Positions 57,022-64,000 of a DNA stretch of 64,000 nt are shown in pieces (position 1 is the stretch's first letter; the number at the start of each line of letters is the position of its first letter). The DNA comes from Bacteroidales bacterium (GTDB lineage Bacteria > Bacteroidota > Bacteroidia > Bacteroidales > GCA-2748055), in assembly GCA_023138875.1 (NCBI GenBank), contig JAGLOO010000003.1:1498-65497 (forward strand), given 5' to 3'. The position numbers were made by a program, and so were the translations under genes. The notes below the pieces were generated by a model. The model was not told where the DNA came from and made no database searches. It saw only the letters and a program-made list of their open reading frames with translations.

Positions 57022-57873
57022 ATGGAGTATGTTTTTGAAAAGATTCAAGTACCCAATAAGCATTCGTTCATATCACGAGAAATTCAACTTGCAGAACGAT
57101 TGCCTAAAATTCATTCGCACAAAAATTTTGAGCTAAACTATATTGTTTCCGGATCTGGCAGAAGAATTGTGGGTGACAATATATCCAGCTTTGAAAGAGG
57201 TGACCTGGTTCTACTGGGTCCGGAAGTGCCTCATTCCTGGGAAATTCTTGAATGCCAGAAAAACACGCTTCCCTCTTGTATTACAACACACTTTTATGAA
57301 AATATTATCAGTTCCGATTTTTTTAATATACCTGAACTTGAAGATGTAGAGAATTTGTTGAAACGGGCAAATAGAGGGATCTCGTTTAAAGGAAGCAAGA
57401 TTAAGAGAATCAGGGCCAAACTGGAACGATTGGCGAAGCTGGAAGGGCTGGAAAGTTACATTGAACTATTAAATGTTTTCAATGACTTGCTTCAGGTAGA
57501 AACGTTTGAATATCTGGCAAGCGCTATTGATCTGCCTGAAAAGTTTACAAAAGATCTGGACCGGATCAATAACGTATACGAATATGTGTTCCTGAACATT
57601 GAAGAGGGCGTAAAACTTGAGGATGTAGCAGACCTTCTGCATATGGCACCCGGTTCATTTTGCAGGTATTTTAAGAAAAAAACCAACCGCACTTTTACAC
57701 AGTATGTGAAAGGTGTTCGAATTGGTATTGCAGCAAAGATGCTTATCGAAACCGAAAAATCCATTACTCAGATTTGTTATGACAGTGGATACAACAACCT
57801 TGCAAATTTTAACCACTATTTCAAAAGTCTAATGAATAAAACACCGTCTGAATACAGAAAGAATTTCAGATGA
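57022..57873 (+). CDS. AraC-family transcriptional regulator (cupin sensor + HTH)
   Basis: 283-aa ORF divergent from the lyase operon. The C-terminus FCRYFKKKTNRTFTQYV...ICYDSGYNNLANFNHYFK is the AraC HTH pair. Confidence 0.85.
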   Translation: MEYVFEKIQVPNKHSFISREIQLAERLPKIHSHKNFELNYIVSGSGRRIVGDNISSFERGDLVLLGPEVPHSWEILECQKNTLPSCITTHFYENIISSDFFNIPELEDVENLLKRANRGISFKGSKIKRIRAKLERLAKLEGLESYIELLNVFNDLLQVETFEYLASAIDLPEKFTKDLDRINNVYEYVFLNIEEGVKLEDVADLLHMAPGSFCRYFKKKTNRTFTQYVKGVRIGIAAKMLIETEKSITQICYDSGYNNLANFNHYFKSLMNKTPSEYRKNFR

Positions 57874-58019
57874 TATCAATTATAATTCATGGATCAATGT
57901 CGTTTAGTTAATATAGCTGATCTCATCGGGATTCAGTTTTGCAACATCCATTGTTGTTTCATTGCACACAAAGGGCAAGAGACAAATGAAGATCTTGAAC
58001 AACTTCGCTTAAAAAAGGT

Positions 58020-58235
58020 GTGTTTTTTACCCCGATAAAAATACAACTAACTAAGTTGAAGTATGATGTAATGGATGAAATATTTACCTCCTGCATCACC
58101 AAAGATATCACTTACCTTTTAGGTGTCAGATCACCTGGGAAATATGTCAGGCTTATTCAGCTATTGGCTGCTCAATGTGGTGGAATACTTAACCATGCAC
58201 AATTGGCATCTGATGTTGAGCTAATGAGACAATAA
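58020..58235 (+). pseudogene. fragment of an AAA+ ATPase gene with DUF4143 domain
   Basis: Only ~50 aa (..ITKDITYLLGVRSPGKYVRLIQLLAAQCGGILNHAQLASDVEL..) resemble the DUF4143 region of ~400-aa ATPases. No N-terminal ATPase part is present. Confidence 0.4.
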
Positions 58236-58262
58236 TTTTTTCCCATACAAATGCGAAGGCTT

Positions 58263-59669
58263 TTACTCTTTCATGTATGTTCTTCTTACCAGTACTGAAA
58301 CAACTGACATGGTCAGTAAAATTATATAGAGACCAAGGTCAACGCGCATGTTGTAGAGTACCGACGGTATGATATCGAATAGTGTAAGAAGAAATACGAG
58401 GAGCGACATTGCCGAGAAAATGATGATCTCTTTTCCGGGCTTCCTTTTTGAGATCACACCGATTAAAACGATTGGAACGATCATTGAAGTACCTGCAAAA
58501 CTCATTCTTGCCAGCAGTACCAGCTCATCACCAATTAAGACTGAAGTGAGAAGTACAATCATTGCAAATAGAAAAAGCGCTACTTTTGTAAGCTTAAAGT
58601 CTGCCTTTTCATCTTCTCCTCTCAGCAGTGACCTGAATTCAGAACCGAGTGCAAATATTTGTGCATTTGATGTTGACAGAACTGCAGCAAACAAACCTAC
58701 TATGGCCAGGGCAGCTATCATATCAGGTTGATCAAAAAGGAGCGCATTCTGAACAAACTCCTGGGTAGAAACATTGCTGTATCTGGCGGCACCATACATC
58801 CCGATAAATGCAGTTGCAATAAATACAATGACAGCTACAACCCCCACTCCGGCAGCCATCTTGTAAGTCTCTTTCATGCTCTTCATGATGACAATGCGGG
58901 AAGAAAACTGGGGTTGTGAAAGCGGTAAAAAAATGATTGCAATAAAAGATGCAATCAAAAATTGTGTGGTAAACAGCCCTTTTGGACCGGGAGTTGACAG
59001 AAGAGACGGATCGACCTCCTTAACCTGATCAAAGAGTGCTTCAACATTTCCAAAATATTTAACCGAATTGTATCCGATAATAGAGAGCACAACCAGCAGC
59101 AGAACACCCTGGATCGCATCACTGAATACAATGGCTTTCAGCCCTCCAATCTCACTATAGATCAGCATGACAGAGATGATCAATATGGCCCATCCATAGT
59201 GCGGTAAAGCATTTGGAAAAATTGCTGTAAAGAACATTGAAATACCGCGAATCTGTATGGCTACATAAGGGATTAAAAAAATGAAGGCGGCAATAAAAAC
59301 AACATAACCGGCCCATTTGGTTTTGAATATGGTCGACATCATCCCGGCAACACCTTTATAACCTATCTCACGTGCTTTTTTCCGGAGGTGATACCCAAAC
59401 CAGAAAATAATAAAGAACATAACACCATCAGCAACGGCCAGAAATATCCAGGCACCAACTCCATGTACCCTGAAAAAGTCAGGAATACCAATAAATATAA
59501 ATGCACTGAACAACGCAGCAGCGTAAGTTAAGATACCAAGCAGTGCACCGACACTCGAGCCGGCCAGCATAAAGTCGTTTATGCTCTTATTCTTCTTTAT
59601 TGCTTTTGTTGAAACTACAACAAGAAGCATGATAAATATGCCGGCAAAAATCCAGAACCACTTAATCAT
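58263..59669 (-). CDS. sodium:solute symporter family transporter
   Basis: ORF 58263-59708. The start MIKWFWIFAGIF at 59669 overlaps the stop of the small upstream ORF (ATGATTAA). Confidence 0.8.
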   Translation of the reverse strand: MIKWFWIFAGIFIMLLVVVSTKAIKKNKSINDFMLAGSSVGALLGILTYAAALFSAFIFIGIPDFFRVHGVGAWIFLAVADGVMFFIIFWFGYHLRKKAREIGYKGVAGMMSTIFKTKWAGYVVFIAAFIFLIPYVAIQIRGISMFFTAIFPNALPHYGWAILIISVMLIYSEIGGLKAIVFSDAIQGVLLLVVLSIIGYNSVKYFGNVEALFDQVKEVDPSLLSTPGPKGLFTTQFLIASFIAIIFLPLSQPQFSSRIVIMKSMKETYKMAAGVGVVAVIVFIATAFIGMYGAARYSNVSTQEFVQNALLFDQPDMIAALAIVGLFAAVLSTSNAQIFALGSEFRSLLRGEDEKADFKLTKVALFLFAMIVLLTSVLIGDELVLLARMSFAGTSMIVPIVLIGVISKRKPGKEIIIFSAMSLLVFLLTLFDIIPSVLYNMRVDLGLYIILLTMSVVSVLVRRTYMKE

Positions 59670-59889
59670 CTTCTTCCTCCTTAAATATTTTAGAATGAAC
59701 AGATACACCGATGAGAATCAAGATGAGAAAAGAAAAATATACCACCATGCCGACCCATAGTGTATAGGGCATTCCAAATAATTCCGGGGTATACACTCCT
59801 TTTGGGATTACAAGTGGTGTAAATACCAGAATTGAAATAATAAAGACCGCAATAATTGTTATTTTCCAGATTCGTTTTATGTTCTTCAT
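59662..59889 (-). CDS. small two-TM membrane protein accompanying the SSS transporter (DUF3311-like)
   Basis: 75-aa ORF with two hydrophobic helices and an acidic tail. It is translationally coupled to the transporter. Confidence 0.5.
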   Translation of the reverse strand: MKNIKRIWKITIIAVFIISILVFTPLVIPKGVYTPELFGMPYTLWVGMVVYFSFLILILIGVSVHSKIFKEEEDD

Positions 59890-60094
59890 CTGCTTCTGTT
59901 TAATCAGGTTCTTATTGTGCTGAAACCCATTCGATCAATCTTAATAACCACAAAAAAAATTTACCGAAGATAAAAAGAAATAATAACTTTTATCAGTTTA
60001 TAATTATCTTTAGTGGGCGAAAATTTTAGCCGGAACATCAGAAGATATTTTGCATGCAAGTGTGAATTTGTTATACTAAAAAGAGATAAAAAAA

Positions 60095-60874
60095 ATGAGT
60101 TATTTAGATGAACTTTACTCGCTTGATCGCAAAACAGCGGTCGTTATTGGTGGCGGTGGTGTGTTGGCAGGTATCATGGCGGAAGGTCTGGCAAAAGCAG
60201 GTGCCAATGTCGTCATTCTCGATTTAAATTTAGAGAATGCAAGGAAAAAGGCAGATGAATTGACAAAATACAACGTTAAAACATCTGCAATTAAGGTGGA
60301 TGCTTCCAGTAAAACCGATTTGGAAAATGCAGCGGAAGAGATCATAAAAGAGTACGGTGCGGTAAATATTATCATCAATGCACCCGGGATTAATTCCGCC
60401 ACACCTTTTTTAGAGATTTCTGAAGAAGAGTATGAAAAGATTATGAATGTCAATTTAAAAAGCATCTATCTATCATGCCAGATATTCGGCAAACAGATGA
60501 TTGAGCAGGGCAGCGGCGGGAGCATTATAAATATTTCATCCGTCTCCTCGGGGCCGCCATTATCAAGAGTTTTTACTTACAGCCTCTCAAAGGCCGGAGT
60601 GAATAATATGACCCAATATTTATCCAAAGAGTGGGCCATGCATAAAATCAGGGTGAACGCCATTGCACCCGGGTTTTTCCCTGCGGAGCAGAATCGAAAG
60701 ATATTAACGAAAGAGCGTATAGATTCCATCTTTAATCATACACCAATGAATCGGTTTGGGGATCCAAATGAATTGATCGGTGCCACCATCTGGCTTGCAT
60801 CGGAGAAGGCCTCTTCTTTTGTTACCGGTGCTGTTATTCGTGTGGATGGTGGTTATACTGCCATGACTATTTAA
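60095..60874 (+). CDS. SDR-family oxidoreductase (sugar-acid dehydrogenase/reductase type)
   Basis: 259-aa ORF. Glycine-rich VIGGGGVLAG, catalytic YSLSKAG (YxxxK) and NAPG. Confidence 0.85.
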   Translation: MSYLDELYSLDRKTAVVIGGGGVLAGIMAEGLAKAGANVVILDLNLENARKKADELTKYNVKTSAIKVDASSKTDLENAAEEIIKEYGAVNIIINAPGINSATPFLEISEEEYEKIMNVNLKSIYLSCQIFGKQMIEQGSGGSIINISSVSSGPPLSRVFTYSLSKAGVNNMTQYLSKEWAMHKIRVNAIAPGFFPAEQNRKILTKERIDSIFNHTPMNRFGDPNELIGATIWLASEKASSFVTGAVIRVDGGYTAMTI

Positions 60875-60937
60875 TCTGTTATTCATACTTATCGCGGAAA
60901 ATACAATTAAACGTACATTAATAAATTTAAACTGGTG

Positions 60938-61942
60938 ATGAAAAAGATACTGGTGCTGGCAACAAGTTTTTTAGATGAAATGATTACTCATCCGAAAGAG
61001 GAAGGCAAAGCGAAACAAATGCTGGATGAATTAGCAGGTAATTCCAATAATCAAATCGAAATCTTATATCGCTGCGACCGGAATCCTGAGGATCCTCTTC
61101 AGGTCGAAGAATTTGAAGATGTCACAGCTGTGATTGCAGATCTGGAAAAATATGACCGGAAATTTTTATCTGAAGTCAATAAATCTGCTGGTGGGTCATT
61201 GGGGCTTATTTCCCGTTACGGCATTGGAATTAATTCTGTGGATATTGATGCTGCAACCGAATTTGGAGTTATCGTTGCCAATGCACCCGGTTGCAATGCC
61301 CTGCCAACGGCAGAATGGACACAGTCGACAATTATGGATGTTGCAGGCAGGAGGGTATTGCACTACAATACGGCCAGTACCGGTAAGAGTAAAGAAGGTC
61401 CATCCCGATTGGATATTACCGGGAAAACGCTGGGCATTATCGGAACAGGAACCATTGGGAAAAATGTGGTAAAATTAATGAAGGGTTATGATGTAAACGT
61501 TTTAGCTTATGATATTTATCCTGATCATCAATGGGCGAACGAAAATAACGCACAATATTCCAGTTTGAAGGATATTTGCAGCAATGCGGATATCATTACC
61601 CTTCATGCGTCCAGCAGTGAGATGATTATTGGTCAGGAAGAAATTGATTTGATGAAACCAACAACCGTCCTTGTAAATTGCGCCCGGGGTATTCTGGTTG
61701 ATAACCGTGCGGTGTATGAAGCTGTTAAAAAAGAAAAAATATGGGGATACGGATTGGATGAAATATGGACAGAAAAAGATCTGCCGCTGGATGGCTTGAA
61801 TGTCATTGTGAGTTCTCATGTTGGATCAGATTCCGATATGGGAAAGATCGGCATGCAGTTGATGTCTGCTGAAGCTGTGGTAGATTATATAAGTGGAGAA
61901 ACACCTAAACATGTAGTTAATCAGGAAGTTCTAAATAATTAA
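60938..61942 (+). CDS. D-isomer-specific 2-hydroxyacid dehydrogenase family protein
   Basis: ATG at 60938 (the track starts at GTG 60935). NAD motif GIIGTGTIGKNV, plus ..NCARG.. and ..HVGS... Confidence 0.8.
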   Translation: MKKILVLATSFLDEMITHPKEEGKAKQMLDELAGNSNNQIEILYRCDRNPEDPLQVEEFEDVTAVIADLEKYDRKFLSEVNKSAGGSLGLISRYGIGINSVDIDAATEFGVIVANAPGCNALPTAEWTQSTIMDVAGRRVLHYNTASTGKSKEGPSRLDITGKTLGIIGTGTIGKNVVKLMKGYDVNVLAYDIYPDHQWANENNAQYSSLKDICSNADIITLHASSSEMIIGQEEIDLMKPTTVLVNCARGILVDNRAVYEAVKKEKIWGYGLDEIWTEKDLPLDGLNVIVSSHVGSDSDMGKIGMQLMSAEAVVDYISGETPKHVVNQEVLNN

Positions 61943-61960
61943 ATAACAAACGGAAAAAAA

Positions 61961-63109
61961 ATGTCTCAGAAAGTAATAACCTATCCGGAAATAAAGCCTG
62001 CTGAAAGCTGTAAGTATGATGGCGTTTCGTTGGGTGAAGTAATGCTTCGTCTAGATCCTTATGATGTACCCACTGCCCGTGCCCGGCTTTTCAGGGTATC
62101 GCAGGGTGGCGGAGAGACCAATGTTGCCTGCGGTATGGCCTATACATTTGGCTTGAGAAGCGCGGTACTGACAGCACTGGTTGATGATAATATCGGTCTG
62201 AATATTCGCAATCAGATGCGGGAAGCAGGCGTTGACACAAGCAATATATGCTGGTTCAATACCGATAATGATGGTTCGGCTCATTCTACCGATCAAAAAG
62301 GAACATTGATGAACGGAATGAACTTTACCTATAACGGCAAAGGGATTATTCCTTCCGATACAGCATATTACCGCGCTCATTCCGCTGTGCGACAATTGAA
62401 ATCAGGTGATTTTAACTGGGATAAAATCTTCGGAGAAGAGGGTGTCAGGGTTTTTAACACCGGTGGTATTTTAACTTTAATCTCGCCGACCTCGTCGGAA
62501 GTTGCTATTGAAGCAATCCAAAAAGCAAATGAAAATGGCGTTTTCGTTGCTGCCGATCTTAACTACCGGGGGAAAGTTCAGCCCGACAAATCCATTGCCC
62601 GGTCCATTAATCAGAAAATGGCACCCTATTTGGGTTTCCTGGTCGGCAATGACTCTGATTTAGCCGATGCTCTGGGATATGAGACGAAAGTCGCAAAAAA
62701 TGCTTCCTTTGAAGAATGGGTAAAAGCTTATAAGGAAACCGTAAAGCAGGTGGCCCGGGATTTTCCAAATTTGAGCTTGATTGGTACCCAATGGCGTGGA
62801 GCTGTCAATGCCGATATGATTCATTGGGGCGCTGTTTTGTATGATGTTTTGAACAAAGAGCTTTATGTTGCCGCACTTCGTGAAAACGTGCCGATTCAGG
62901 ACCGCACGGGCGGTGGCGATTCATTTGCATCAGGCGTATTATCGGCTTTGATGCTTGGCAAAGATTTACAGACGGCAGTTGAGTGGGGTGCAGCTCATGG
63001 TATTTTAGTTCAGGAAACACCGGGTGATTTTACCATGGTCACCCTAAAAGAGGTTGAGCGGGAAGTGAAACGCGCGCAGGCTGGCGGCAGCGTTAAAGCG
63101 TTGAGATAA
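61961..63109 (+). CDS. PfkB-family sugar kinase (2-dehydro-3-deoxygluconokinase-like)
   Basis: 382-aa ORF. C-terminal PfkB signature DRTGGGDSFASG. Confidence 0.8.
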   Translation: MSQKVITYPEIKPAESCKYDGVSLGEVMLRLDPYDVPTARARLFRVSQGGGETNVACGMAYTFGLRSAVLTALVDDNIGLNIRNQMREAGVDTSNICWFNTDNDGSAHSTDQKGTLMNGMNFTYNGKGIIPSDTAYYRAHSAVRQLKSGDFNWDKIFGEEGVRVFNTGGILTLISPTSSEVAIEAIQKANENGVFVAADLNYRGKVQPDKSIARSINQKMAPYLGFLVGNDSDLADALGYETKVAKNASFEEWVKAYKETVKQVARDFPNLSLIGTQWRGAVNADMIHWGAVLYDVLNKELYVAALRENVPIQDRTGGGDSFASGVLSALMLGKDLQTAVEWGAAHGILVQETPGDFTMVTLKEVEREVKRAQAGGSVKALR

Positions 63110-63160
63110 TAGGTCTAAAAATCAAATAAACGAAATTTAAATTTAATCTGGAGTATACAA

Positions 63161-63895
63161 ATGGCATATCAAAAAGACAGAAATCGCGTAAGAGAGGTTT
63201 TGCTGAACAGCGGCATTGTCGTGGTGATGAATAAAAAGCACGTTAAGAAACCCGAGGATCTGGTAAAAACAATGTGGGAAGTGTATCAGGCCGGTTACGT
63301 GGCTGAAGCAACATTTCGCATAGATGCCGGGATCCTGAAAGAGGCCATGAAGGAACTGGTCAGGATGCAGGAAGAGGTTCCCGATGATAAACCTTTTGTA
63401 TTAGGCTGTGGAAGTATTATAAATCCGGGCGAGTTGGACCAGGCCATTGAAATGGGATTTGATATGATCGTTGCCCCCGGCAATGTGATGGGAGGATATG
63501 GCGATGGCATGGAATTTATTAAAATAGCGCAGGATGAAAATATTTTTACTGCACCGGCCATTCTAACACCCAATGAACTTCAATATTTTATTGAGCGTCC
63601 GGATGGTCTGGAACCTGATGCGATCAAAGTTTTCCCGGCAGGGGTTCACGGACCTTCCGGTATAAAAACTTTATTAGCTCCTTTTGTACGTGAACGTCAT
63701 GAAGGCAGAATTATCATGCCAACAGGCGGAGTAAATATTGAAACCGGCCCAAAATTCCAGGAAGCTATTCAATCAGCAGGTTATTTACCTGTACTGGGAA
63801 TGTCGGCTCCGTTAAAATATGTGGAAGACAGGAGTATGCCGGGTGATGTGGATATTATTAAGAAATCACTGGAGCTTTTTAAAGAGAAATTTTAA
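63161..63895 (+). CDS. KDPG/KHG aldolase (Eda)-like protein
   Basis: 244-aa ORF. EATFR, LGCGSI, VAPG, TPNE, IKVFPAG and MPTGGVN follow the order of Eda-family motifs. Confidence 0.7.
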   Translation: MAYQKDRNRVREVLLNSGIVVVMNKKHVKKPEDLVKTMWEVYQAGYVAEATFRIDAGILKEAMKELVRMQEEVPDDKPFVLGCGSIINPGELDQAIEMGFDMIVAPGNVMGGYGDGMEFIKIAQDENIFTAPAILTPNELQYFIERPDGLEPDAIKVFPAGVHGPSGIKTLLAPFVRERHEGRIIMPTGGVNIETGPKFQEAIQSAGYLPVLGMSAPLKYVEDRSMPGDVDIIKKSLELFKEKF

Positions 63896-64000
63896 TGAGT
63901 AGCAAGAAAAATTTTGATTTTCAACCTGTTGAAATTCAAAACATAACGTTCCGGAATCCGTTTTATGTATCTTCCGGACCCACCACCAGTACTATTAAAC
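63895..64000 (+). CDS. dihydroorotate/dihydropyrimidine-dehydrogenase-family protein, N-terminal part (continues beyond window)
   Basis: ATG at 63895 overlaps the previous stop (TAATG). MSSKKNFDFQPVEIQNITFRNPFYVSSGPTTST fits the NPF..ASGP start of that family. Confidence 0.45.
   Translation, partial: MSSKKNFDFQPVEIQNITFRNPFYVSSGPTTSTIK

Noticed and set aside
1-64000. Search for CRISPR arrays, tRNA/rRNA genes, IS elements with terminal inverted repeats, or transposases.
   Set aside because: I saw no regularly spaced direct repeats, no tRNA-like cloverleaf candidates in the few intergenic gaps, and no transposase-like ORFs. The only recombinase is the intI remnant.

Overview
This 64-kb chromosomal segment looks like Bacteroidota: it has a SusC/SusD pair, many lipoprotein-type signal peptides and a T9SS C-terminal sorting domain, and most starts I checked lack a Shine-Dalgarno motif. 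I can support about 50 protein-coding genes or pseudogenes. I saw no rRNA, tRNA or CRISPR array. The window has three blocks. (i) 1-26.7 kb holds glycan-utilisation genes: esterases, a ChbG-DUF1080 fusion, GH31, a ceramidase-like gene, SusC/SusD, a metallophosphoesterase-PA14, an FAD oxidoreductase, a beta-helix protein and a GH78 rhamnosidase. (ii) 26.7-37.5 kb is, in my reading, a decayed integron-like island that splits a long minus-strand gene array. It contains an intI pseudogene, a candidate attI junction and four attC-like sites. The cassettes are a strictosidine-synthase-like (SSL) gene, a GH5 endoglucanase with a T9SS tail, a second frameshifted SSL copy and a PiT phosphate transporter. 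These are followed by AbiEi/AbiEii and a broken DNA-methyltransferase gene. (iii) 37.4-64 kb holds three sialidase-like BNR propellers, kdsB, two paralogous propeller proteins flanking a YidR-like gene, a PAP-like phosphoesterase and a second ceramidase-like gene. It also holds a DHDPS/NAL-family lyase with an SSS transporter and an AraC regulator, then a KDG-type sugar-acid cluster. The integron is the most interesting call. All calls come from reading the sequence and ORF translations by eye. No searches or folding were run, and attC and junction coordinates are approximate.
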